From positions 1-57,481 of the IMG/VR virus record IMGVR_UViG_3300045988_031383: a stretch of 57,481 bases of DNA; one strand, 5' to 3'. The notes under the pieces are model-generated. The model searched no databases and was not told the DNA's origin. It saw nothing but the letters and a program-made list of their open reading frames with translations. Every line of letters begins with the position of its first letter. Positions within the stretch are counted from its first letter, which is position 1. A program made the position numbers and the translations under genes. Shown piece after piece: positions 1 to 9,800 of this stretch. The stretch is from a virus.

Positions 1-55
1 CCGACAAGGGAGGAACTTTGATGCACTATAACGCATTCGAACAAACATCTGCTAA
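1..55. repeat. Exact 55-nt terminal overlap, identical to 57427-57481, indicating a circularly closed assembly
   Basis: ccgacaagggaggaactttgatgcactataacgcattcgaacaaacatctgctaa occurs at both window ends. It lies inside a continuous reading frame. Confidence 0.95.
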
Positions 56-1130
56 TAACAACGAAGAAATTCGTCACTCATTAACAGAAGCTATGCAAAC
101 CGCTAAAGATCGCGGGCTTAAGCTTAGTAACGTTCTCGTGGACTTCGAGAATGGAGACACTCTTAAGCACTCAATGAACAACATCGACAAGTTGTTCCCA
201 GATCACCAATTACAAAACGGTGTTCAAGTAATCTACTCACCTAACACTGCTACAGAACATATCTTGTCTAAGGTAACTAAAGTTCCTACAGCATTCGTTA
301 AATCAATCATGACCGACTTGTCTGACCTTACTGACGAACAACTTCGTGCGAAAGGTTACATCAAAGGAACTGAAAAGAAAGAACAAATCATTTCATTCCT
401 TTCTCGTAAAACTGATCCAACTACGATCTATAAAAAACAATCAATCGACCGTGACGATGCTATCGATATCGGCCAACAATTGAACGTTGCTGCATTCTTC
501 AACCAAGAAATGCGCATTAAGTTGAACGATGAAATTGCACAAGCAATCCTCGTATCAGACGGTCGTGCTACTGGTGATGCTGCTAAGATTAAAGAAGATA
601 AGATCCGTCCTATCTCTAAAGACGAAGACTTCTACACAATCAAAGCTAAATACAATCCTAAGATGCTTCTTGACTTGTTCCAAACTGTTGCGGAATTCAA
701 GACTAAGATGCTCGGTTCTGGTACACCAACTCTTTATGTTAACCCACTCTTCCTTACTAAACTTCGCTTCTTGCGCAACAAGAACGAACAATGGGTATTC
801 GGTGGACAACAACCAGCAACTAAAGAATATCTTGCTTCATTGTTCGGTGTAGCGGATATCGTTGAAACTAACTTCTTGAAAGAAGACGAAATGATCATGG
901 TTAACCTTGCCGATTACCAAATCGGTACTAACAAAGGTGGCGAAGTTAACACATTCGAACACTTCGATATCGACTACAACAAACAAAAATATCTTATTGA
1001 AGCTCGTCTTTCAGGAGCTCTTGTGCGTGCTAAATCTGCTGTATACTTCACTCCAGAAAATGGTACTGCCGCTCCGGCTGGTCCTGGCGCTGCGACTGAA
1101 TCAGGAACATCTGGACGTGTTGGCGGATAA
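18..1130 (+). CDS. Major capsid protein (HK97-fold). This is the C-terminal module of the protease-scaffold-capsid fusion that starts at 56664. It also has its own SD plus ATG at 21.
   Basis: 370-aa ORF directly after portal and protease in the circular order. The C-terminus ..YLIEARLSGALVRAKSAVYF is typical of Phage_capsid-type proteins. GGGAGG at 8-13 lies 7 nt upstream of ATG 21. The frame is open and in phase with 56664..57481 (offset 57426 = 3 x 19142). Confidence 0.85.
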   Translation: MMHYNAFEQTSANNNEEIRHSLTEAMQTAKDRGLKLSNVLVDFENGDTLKHSMNNIDKLFPDHQLQNGVQVIYSPNTATEHILSKVTKVPTAFVKSIMTDLSDLTDEQLRAKGYIKGTEKKEQIISFLSRKTDPTTIYKKQSIDRDDAIDIGQQLNVAAFFNQEMRIKLNDEIAQAILVSDGRATGDAAKIKEDKIRPISKDEDFYTIKAKYNPKMLLDLFQTVAEFKTKMLGSGTPTLYVNPLFLTKLRFLRNKNEQWVFGGQQPATKEYLASLFGVADIVETNFLKEDEMIMVNLADYQIGTNKGGEVNTFEHFDIDYNKQKYLIEARLSGALVRAKSAVYFTPENGTAAPAGPGAATESGTSGRVGG

Positions 1131-1134
1131 TTAA

Positions 1135-1503
1135 ATGAAATATTCTGGTAACGCGGGTTTTCGGATTACTGATGTAGAGGTAGAGCCGGATGTGTTCGAG
1201 CCTCAAGTGGTTGTTAAGAAAGTACGCGGCGATGTTGTTACGAGTAGATACCATCGAGATCAAAATGGTGACAAATCGACAATTGACAACATACGAATTA
1301 CCAACCAGATTTCATTAGTAGCTGATCAATTCTTTATGAAACATATTTCAAATCTTGAGTATTTGGAATATCAGGGGGTCAAATGGAAAGTCGAAAGCTT
1401 TACCATAAGACCTCCTAGAGTGATCTTGGATTTAGGAGGAGTTTACAATGAGCAAAAGAATGCTTATCCGACAGATTCTAACCGAAGCGATTCGGAAGTC
1501 TAA
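1135..1503 (+). CDS. Putative head-tail adaptor / head-closure protein
   Basis: 122-aa ORF starting 4 nt after the capsid stop. Position and size fit a connector module. No diagnostic motif recognised. Confidence 0.55.
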   Translation: MKYSGNAGFRITDVEVEPDVFEPQVVVKKVRGDVVTSRYHRDQNGDKSTIDNIRITNQISLVADQFFMKHISNLEYLEYQGVKWKVESFTIRPPRVILDLGGVYNEQKNAYPTDSNRSDSEV

Positions 1504-1783
1504 TGAGGATTATAAACTCTTCTATAATCCTACATCAAACACCACTTTGACGTATCCGTGTATTCTTTATAAGAGAACGGGTATTAGACAACGGCATGCC
1601 GACAATGTTCGTTATCATTCACATGAAGTATATCAAATCACTATAATCGACAAACGTGTCGAGACTCCAATCTTACCTCAACTTTTGGAAAACCAATACT
1701 GTGTGTATGAGAATGAATTTATTGTCGATAATATGCATCACACTATTTTAAAAATTAACACGGGAGGATTAGCTAATGGCTAA
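1448..1783 (+). CDS. Putative head-tail connector / tail-completion protein
   Basis: GGAGGAG lies 6 nt upstream of the ATG. The ORF overlaps its neighbours as in translationally coupled late operons and sits between capsid and major tail genes. Confidence 0.55.
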   Translation: MSKRMLIRQILTEAIRKSNEDYKLFYNPTSNTTLTYPCILYKRTGIRQRHADNVRYHSHEVYQITIIDKRVETPILPQLLENQYCVYENEFIVDNMHHTILKINTGGLANG

Positions 1784-2426
1784 ACTTAAATTCGACGAAC
1801 TCGGAAAACGTATTTATGAAACTGGTGTTTCCGAAGCCGTATTGTTTGTACAAAACGCATCTGGTCAATATCCTAAAGGTGTTGCTTGGAACGGTATTAC
1901 TGCCGCTAACGAATCTCCATCAGGAGCTGAAGCAAATGACCAATACGCAGACAACATCAAATACTTGTCACTTACTGGTGCTGAAAACTTTGAAGGTACT
2001 ATCGAAGCATTCAACTCTCCAGTTGAATTTGATGAATGTGACGGTATGAAAGCTATCGTTAAAGGTGCAGTTGCTCACCAACAAAACCGTACACCATTTG
2101 GATTTGCATTCAAATCTATCGTTGGTAACGACACTCAAGGTAATGACTACGGTTACAAACTTCACTTGTGGTATGGATGTAAAGCTGCTCCATCAGAACG
2201 TTCACACGCTACTGTTAACGACAGCCCAGAACCACAAAACCCATCTTGGTCAATTTCTTCAACTCCAGTTACAGTTCCTGGTCACAAACCAACTTCTGTA
2301 ATCACTATTGATTCAACACAAGTTGAAGCTACTAAGATGCAAAAAGTTCTTGACGCTGTATATGGTACAGATGATGCTGATGCATATCTTCCATTGCCAG
2401 AAAAAGTTATTGAACTATTGTCTTAA
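1776..2426 (+). CDS. Major tail (tube) protein
   Basis: 216 aa. The N-terminus ..ELGKRIYETGVSEAVLFVQ...YPKGVAWNGITAANESPSGAE..QYADN resembles lambda-like/siphoviral tail tube proteins. It sits upstream of the chaperones and the tape measure. Confidence 0.85.
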   Translation: MAKLKFDELGKRIYETGVSEAVLFVQNASGQYPKGVAWNGITAANESPSGAEANDQYADNIKYLSLTGAENFEGTIEAFNSPVEFDECDGMKAIVKGAVAHQQNRTPFGFAFKSIVGNDTQGNDYGYKLHLWYGCKAAPSERSHATVNDSPEPQNPSWSISSTPVTVPGHKPTSVITIDSTQVEATKMQKVLDAVYGTDDADAYLPLPEKVIELLS

Positions 2427-2455
2427 TTAACACTTTATAGGAGGTATGTCATAGT

Positions 2456-2869
2456 ATGATTAAACAGCAAGTTCATTATAAGGATTTCGATGGTATCCAA
2501 CAAGAGGAAACTCTTTACTTCAATCTTAACCGTATGGAATTGATTGCTTTGCAAGCTCGTTACGGTAAAGATGACATGGCAAAATACATCGAAAAAGTTC
2601 AAGCCGAAGAAGACTATCAAAAGATGTACGATCTATTGAACGACATCGTTTTGACTTCATACGGCGTTCGTTCGGAAGATGGAAAACGCTTCATCAAGAA
2701 TGACCGAGTTCGTGAAGACTTCAAAACTTCACTTGCTTACGAAGCTTTGATTGAAGACTTCCATGACGATGAAGGAGTTACCCTTAATAAATTTATTACC
2801 GGTATCACTTCTCATATTCGTGGGCTTAAAGAAGCAGCCGCTTCTGCCGCAGCTCCAGCTGCACAGTAA
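2456..2869 (+). CDS. Tail assembly chaperone
   Basis: 137-aa acidic protein between the major tail and tape measure genes. The ..LYFNLNRMELIALQ.. pattern is typical of siphoviral TACs. Confidence 0.7.
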   Translation: MIKQQVHYKDFDGIQQEETLYFNLNRMELIALQARYGKDDMAKYIEKVQAEEDYQKMYDLLNDIVLTSYGVRSEDGKRFIKNDRVREDFKTSLAYEALIEDFHDDEGVTLNKFITGITSHIRGLKEAAASAAAPAAQ

Positions 2870-2879
2870 TTCGGGTTGT

Positions 2880-2910
2880 GGGTGTATTTTTTGCACCCCT
2901 TCCTTTTTAT
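2880..2910 (+). terminator. Weak intrinsic terminator / attenuator inside the tail operon
   Basis: GGGTG (2880-2884) pairs with CACCC (2894-2898) and is followed by a T-rich tract cttcctttttattt. Confidence 0.45.
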
Positions 2911-2938
2911 TTGTTAAATTTTTTGAGGTGTGAGTATC

Positions 2939-3508
2939 ATGGGATCAGAGTATCTTACAATAAAAACGGAAGATGTTGAATATTGGGATGAGGAAAAGAA
3001 CGAGTTTATAACCGAAGATGGCAAGGAATACACATTCCGATACACACTTAAGAATTTAGATCGTTGGGAGACAAAACATGAGAAGAGATTCATTGATAAC
3101 AAGGAAGAGGTCACCGAAGAAGAGATTCTCGACTTCATTATTATGATGTGTGATCAAGAATTAGACACTTCTAAATTGTCACCTAATGATTTTAAAAAGA
3201 TTATTGAGTACATGGGACATACACCATCGGCGACAACTACCCCTAAACCAACAGGGAGCGCTCGACCAGTTGCTCAACGTAAGAAGATATTTACATCTGA
3301 GATAATTTATGCTCATATGGCACTTAACCATATTCCGTTCGACTGGGAAGATCGAAACTTAAACAAACTAATCATTTTGTTGAATAGTGTCGCTGCATTA
3401 CAAGAGCCACCTAAGAAAATGACAAAGGAAGAGGCTATGGCGGAGCAGCGAGCTATAATTATGAAACGACGTGCAGAAGAAGCGGAAAGGAGAAAACTAC
3501 ATGGATGA
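2939..3508 (+). CDS. Second tail-chaperone-like protein (Gp15-like, upstream of the tape measure)
   Basis: GAGGTG lies 8 nt upstream of ATG 2939; GTG 2930 is an alternative start. The 189-aa protein has an acidic N-terminal half and a basic helical C-terminus, and its position fits. Confidence 0.6.
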   Translation: MGSEYLTIKTEDVEYWDEEKNEFITEDGKEYTFRYTLKNLDRWETKHEKRFIDNKEEVTEEEILDFIIMMCDQELDTSKLSPNDFKKIIEYMGHTPSATTTPKPTGSARPVAQRKKIFTSEIIYAHMALNHIPFDWEDRNLNKLIILLNSVAALQEPPKKMTKEEAMAEQRAIIMKRRAEEAERRKLHG

Positions 3509-3866
3509 TTTTATTTCCGTTTCGGGAGATTTCAAGAACCTAGAACGATTTTTGAAAAAGAATCGTAGAGCTTCTTTAGAGTCACTTGGTACAGCGATCG
3601 TAAATGCACTAAAAGCATCAACCCCATCTAGATCTGGAAAAACAGCAGCTTCATGGGGATACCGAATCTCTAAGACAGGTCGTGGTGAAGAACTCGAGAT
3701 ATTTAATACTAATATCAATAAAGGTATTAATATCGCTGTTATAATTCACTATGGACACGGAACAGGGACAGGAGGATACGTTCCTCCACACCCTTATATA
3801 ATCAAAGCTATAGATTCGGTTTATAAGAAACAGATAAACAAAATTTTATCTGACTATGTCAAATAG
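3501..3866 (+). CDS. HK97 gp10-like tail/neck component
   Basis: AAAGGAGAAAA upstream of ATG 3501. ..TPSRSGKTAASWGY.. and a Gly-rich HYGHGTGTGGYVPP segment resemble the gp10 family. Confidence 0.55.
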   Translation: MDDFISVSGDFKNLERFLKKNRRASLESLGTAIVNALKASTPSRSGKTAASWGYRISKTGRGEELEIFNTNINKGINIAVIIHYGHGTGTGGYVPPHPYIIKAIDSVYKKQINKILSDYVK

Positions 3867-3875
3867 GAGGTATAT

Positions 3876-6800
3876 ATGGCGGGATACGTTGATGAAAAAG
3901 TTGCTAAGGTCACCTTAGACAACAAAAGTTTCACTAAGAACGCTAAAGACACTATTAGTGCTTTAGAGAAACTTAAAGCCGCATTCTCGAAGTTGAATGG
4001 CGGAAACGCATCTAAGAACATCGCTAAAGAGATGAATGCGATTCCTGATGCAGTATCAAAATCGACGACAAAATCCCAAGGGCTATTAAGTAAACTTAAG
4101 GGTCTATTCACAAGATCTCTCGATGGTATTAACATGAGTAAAGCCGGCAAATCTATCGATCAAATGAATACTGATATTGCCGACAAAACTTCCAAAACAT
4201 CGAGTATTTTGGCCAGACTTAAGAGTGTATTTAAGAAAGCTGATAGTCCTGAAGGATTAAACAATATGTCGAAATCGGTGGACAAAATGAATTCGTCCAT
4301 TGAATCGGCATCTAATCGAACCGGTGGAATATTATCCAAACTTAAAGGTTTATTCCGTAAAGCGGACTATGACGAAGGATTTCCTGGAGCTACTAAATCA
4401 TTAGATAACTTATCTAAGAAAGCTTCTGGAGGTATGCTGGAACGAGCTTTATCCGGAATTAAAAACATGTTCCGTAAAGCCGACTATGACGAAGGTTTCC
4501 CGGCTGCTACAAAATCCTTAGACAATTTATCTAAGAAAGCTTCTGGAGGACATCTAGCGGATGCTTTATCTGGAATTAAAAACATGTTCCGTAAAGCAGA
4601 CTACGATGAAGGTTTCCCGGGAGCAACTAAGTCAATAGATAATCTTTCAACTAAAGTTTCTAAATTCGATGCGGGACCAATCTCAAGTTCATTCGAGAAA
4701 GCTTCTGCTTCGGTTCAGAAGTCTATCACGGCTATGGATATTGCTATGGGTCAACTATTAGCAAACGGTATTCAGAAAGCGGTTGGATTCGGTAAGAAAT
4801 TTTTTGCTGGTCCAGTAGATGGTTTGGGTGAATACAAGGATAAACTTGGTTCGATTCAAACAATTATGACGAATACGGAATGGGCAATTCCTGACCCAAC
4901 AGTTCGTATGCGTAAAGTATCATCTACTTTGGAACAGTTGAATGATTACGCTGATAAAACCATTTACTCATTTAAAGACATGACCAAAAACATTGGTACG
5001 TTTACCGCGGCCGGTGTTGGTCTTGATGAATCAGCTACTGCGATCAAGGGTATTGGTAACTTGGCGGCAGCTTCTGGTGCTAGTACCGAAGACATGTCTC
5101 GTGCGATGTATCAATTATCTCAAGCGTTAGCTTCTGGACGAGTGGGCTTGATGGACTGGAACTCTGTGGTTAATGCTAACATGGGTGGTAAACTATTCCA
5201 AGACGCATTGACTGAGATGGGTAAAAAGATGGGACATGCTCGTGACGAAACCAAAGCATTTCGGGACACCCTTAAAGATGGCTGGTTAACAGCGGATGTA
5301 TTGATAGCGACATTGAAAGACTTCAGTGTGGACCAATCGATGCTAGATGCTGCTCAGAAAATCAAATCATTTGGTCAATTAGTAGACACTGTACAAGAAT
5401 CCATTGGTTCAGGATGGGCAACTTCGTGGGAATATTTGTTTGGTGGATTTGAAGAAGCCAAAAGTCTTTGGACTTCTGTCGGTGAAATCACTCAGAAATA
5501 TTTCGATGATGCTCAAGGAACGTATTTTGATTCTGTCTTAGAGATTGAACGTAGTCTTGGTAACTACCGAAATGCAATGTTGAAGACATGGAAAGACATG
5601 GGCGGTCAAGAAGCCTTATTCGATGGAATTAAGAATAGCTTTGAAGGAATCTTTAAGGCTATGACGAACTTCCGCGAAGGTTTCCGTGAAGTGATTGGTA
5701 CTTATGACCAATCCGCTTATCGTCTTCTACGTATCACACAAGGATTCCGAGACTTCACTGCAAGTCTTAAGAACAATGCTGCTGTCCACGGATTAGTCAT
5801 ATCTGCCGGAAGACTTATGGGTAATATTTTTATGACCGTTTATGCGGTATTAAAACGATTCCACATGGGTCTTAAGAGCACAATTGGATCTTTCGATGGA
5901 GTAATCCTCGTATTCAAACGTGCTGCGGACGGAATATCACAATTCCTATCTTCCATTCGAAGCAATTTCAATGTCATGAGCGGAATCATGAACATTGGTA
6001 AGGCTGTTGGTAATGTAATCAGCACCTTAGGGACACTATTCAAAATCGCTGCAGATTTAGTATTTGACTTCTTTAAAGCATTCATGCCAAAAGGTGACGG
6101 ATCTGGTTTCAAATCATTCACTGAAGGTTTGGTTGATGTAACGACTAAGATTCGAACATTTGTTGAAGGATTACGAGGATCAATTAGACAAATTGGTTTA
6201 TTTTCAACTGCAGCACAAATCGTATCTAAAGTTTTTGAAAACATTAAGAACGCAATTCAAGGTTTATTCCATATTAAATTTGATGGCGGATTCTTGGACG
6301 GAATTTTCGAGGGTCTAAAATCATTTATTTCAAATCTGACAGGCATATCCAAACCTTTTGCTGCTATCGGAAACTTCTTAAAAGGAGCATTTGATAATAT
6401 TATCAATGTTGTTAAGAAGAGTTATGCAGTCATCAAGGGGATCTTTAAAGATCTTCAACTTGGCGATATTATTGCGGCAGGACTAGGATTAGCGGCCTTG
6501 GATAAAGCTTTACAATTCAAATCTGGGGATGGTATTATCAAGAAATTCTTGACTGGATTGATGAAACCTTTTAAAGATTTCGTTAAGACTGGTGAAGAAG
6601 AAATGGGTAAAGTTTCTAAGATATTTAACCAGTTAGGTGAGACTTTGAACGCGTTTACTAACACGGTTAGAGCGTTCACGTTGATCACTATTGCTGGTGC
6701 TTTACTTATCTTAGCTCTCGCTATCGCTAGATTAAGTAAGATTGATATTAAAGACTTATCTAAAGGTATCATCGGTATGATGGTAGCGTTCAATGCCTTG

Positions 6801-9800
6801 AATAAGATAATGTCCAATCTATCCAAACTTCAAGGTATTCCGAAATCTAGTGTAGGAACTATCATTGCTGTGGCTATTGCGATTCGTATCTTAGCCGGAG
6901 CTATGGTAGAACTATCTAAGATGAATATCGATCAAGCCGCCGCGGCAACTTTAGGATTATACGCCTTAACCAAAGTCTTTGGATCTACTCTTAAGATGAT
7001 GGAAAAGATCGGTAAATCCAAAGTTGGCGTTTTCAACATGATTGCTATTGCAATATCATTGAGAATTCTGGTTTCATCGGTTGCCAAACTAGCGCAATAC
7101 AGCCCGGAACAATTAGTATCTAGTGTACTCTCAGTTTCTACATTGCTTCTAGCGCTTGCCGGCGCAATGAAGATAATGGATAAGGTTAAGATTAATCTCA
7201 GAACGTCTCTCGGCATACTCACTGTTGTGGCGTCTCTACGTTTATTGGTTTGGTCTGTTAAAAGCATTGTCGCTTTATCGCCTGAGCAAATGATTTCAGG
7301 AATTAGTGCGGTCGGTGCGCTTCTTTTAGAGCTGAGTCTAGCTATGCGGATTCTTAACAATGTTAAGATCAAAATGGGAGCAATTGGCGGATTAATAACA
7401 CTAACACTTTCTCTTCGAGTTTTAATTGGCGGTGTTAAACAATTAGCCGATATGGACCCTGAGTCATTAATCAAAGGTATATCCGCTTTAGGTGCTTTAT
7501 TAACCGAATTAGTTCTTGCGGCCAGAGCACTTAAAGATATTAAGATTAAGTTCACGACAATAGCTACTTTATTGACATTCGTATTCAGTATAACAACCTT
7601 ACTTAAGGCCTTATCGTTCATTAAAAGTATGGACCCAGGCCAATTTATGGGTGCTATTGGTGGAATGTCGTTTGTATTAGCGGGTCTAATCGCCGCCGCA
7701 TGGGCTCTTGATGGTATGAACATCAATCTATCGTCTGTTGCTGCGGTACTATCATTTGCAATCTCTATGAAAATGATTGGTGATGAACTAGTCAAACTAG
7801 CCTTTATTCCTTGGCCTGCATTGTTGGCTTCAGTATTGGCTATGGGCGCAGTTATGGCTGGAACTGTATTGGCTATACGCAAATTGAACCAAGATAAGAT
7901 TAATACATCTACAATAGTTTCATTGTTGGCTGCTGCTGTGTTATTGCAATCTGTTGGATCGGCCTTAAGTATCGTGGCCAAACATAATTGGCAACAGATA
8001 TTAGTCGCTGTTGGAGCTATTGGCGCAACACTTGGTATATTAGTGATAGCTATGAAGGCTGTTGAGAATGTCGGTCTTAAGGGTGCCGGAAGTATATTAC
8101 TTCTTGCCGTAGCATTAAACATGCTAGCAATTCCTATTGCCGTATTAAGTAAACTTAATTTAGTTGGAGTTGGTATTGGTATGCTAGCCCTTGCCGGTAA
8201 CTTGGCTATATTATTGGCCGCTGCTGCTATAGCACAATTTGTTGCTCCTGGTTTAGCATTATTAGCTAGTACGATGATTAGCTTCGGTGTATCGTCAATT
8301 CTTGCATCAGCATCTATAGCTATCGCCGGTGCTGGGTTCTTAGCATTTGCTATGGCGGTCGACACTCTAGCTAAAAGTGCGCCTGGTGCAATGGCTAAAG
8401 TAGCAAAAGGGTTCGTTGAATTCATAACGACAATTGCTCAGAATGCACCTAAGATTGTTGCGGCATTTGTTCAATTAGGACATGAGTTCTTAAAAGGGCT
8501 GTCGATCCTTATTCCTGACTTTGTCAAATTCGGTCTCAAGACAGTGGTTGGTATTATCAATGGTATTGCTGAAGGAATGCCTCAGATATTTAAAGCTGCT
8601 GTTAATTTGCTGATGGAATTTGCTAAAGCATTTATGGAAAACATAGATGTTATTGTCCAAACTGGTTTACAGATCGCTGTTAAATTTATCGAATCTTTGG
8701 CCAAAGGCTTGATGCAAGTCAAAGATCGGTTGATACCAGCATTAACAGATTTGTTTAAAGTAATAACAGACATTGTTCTAGGCTTACTTGGCAATCTTAT
8801 CGGTCCTATTTTAGAGAAACTTGCGGAAATTCTTACTCCTGTTAAAGACTTTATTTTAGGCGCTTTGAGCGAATTTGCTACGGCAATCGAACCAATATTC
8901 ACGCCTTTGATGGAAGCTCTTAAAGTCTTATTCGAGTCTTTAGCAGTGATTATTCGTTCATTGGCCGATGCTATTATTGCGATCGTACAATCCATCGCAC
9001 AAGTTGTTCAAGCCTTGGCTCCGGTATTTATTACCTTATTCCAAACAATTCAAGTTGTTGCAAATGACATTGTTGTAATATTCCAAACTATTGGACAGAC
9101 AATTACAAATGTGGCTAATGCTATTGTTGCAGTTGTTCAAACCATTGGACAAACCATTCAAGTTATATTCATTAGTATTGCTTCAATTGTTAACTCTGTT
9201 ATGCAGGGTATTGTCGGAGCAATCAACGCTTTCGCTAATGTTATCCGAGCAGTTGGTGAAGCACTCAAGAATGTATTTGTAGGAATCGGTCAAGGTATCC
9301 AAGCAGCCCTACAAGGCGTTGCTTCAGTTGTAGAGTCCATCGGTGGTGCTATTAAAGCTACATTTGAAGGAATCGGTTCTGCTGCTCGAGGATTAGGAGA
9401 AGGTATCCAATCTGCTTTACAAGGGGTATCATCTATTGTTGAGTCTGTTGGTTCAGCAGTTAAATCTGCTCTCGAAGGAATTGGTAAAGCATTTGAAGGC
9501 GCTGGTAAATTTGCCGAAGGATTCGGTAAAGGTATTGAGCACGTAATGAACGGTGTTTCTAAGATCGTTGATTCCGTAGGTAATGCGATCAAAGGTATTA
9601 TCGAAGCAATCGGACATGCCTTCAAAGATGTGGGTAAAGGTATCGAGTTGATGGGTAAAGGTATGAAACCTATTGCCGATCATGGGCTCAAAGCCGCGGC
9701 CGCCATTACTGCGGTCGGTCTCGCTGTTGGGGGACTTGGTATAGCTTCTGGTACTGGTAACCTAAACGGATTCCGTGCCGACCTTGACAAACTCGATACT

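Noticed and set aside
529-852. Alternative-frame ORFs inside the capsid, major tail and other large genes (for example 529-852, 907-1134, 1816-2049, 2065-2301, 19797-20108)
   Set aside because: They are nested out of frame within strongly supported genes, lack an RBS and have atypical composition.
2751-2933. Programmed frameshift between the tail chaperone ORFs (G/GT-type)
   Set aside because: The overlapping +1-frame ORF would add only ~20 codons beyond the stop. No slippery heptamer was seen near 2840-2869. The next chaperone-like ORF is in the same frame, separated by two stops and a hairpin.
6932-8425. 497-aa minus-strand ORF, with other minus-strand ORFs at 5840-6244, 6455-6826, 8582-8995, 9290-10504 and 10730-11096
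   Set aside because: All lie antisense to the tape measure gene within its low-complexity Ala/Ile/Leu-rich repeats. They have biased, repetitive translations and no RBS, so they are shadow ORFs.
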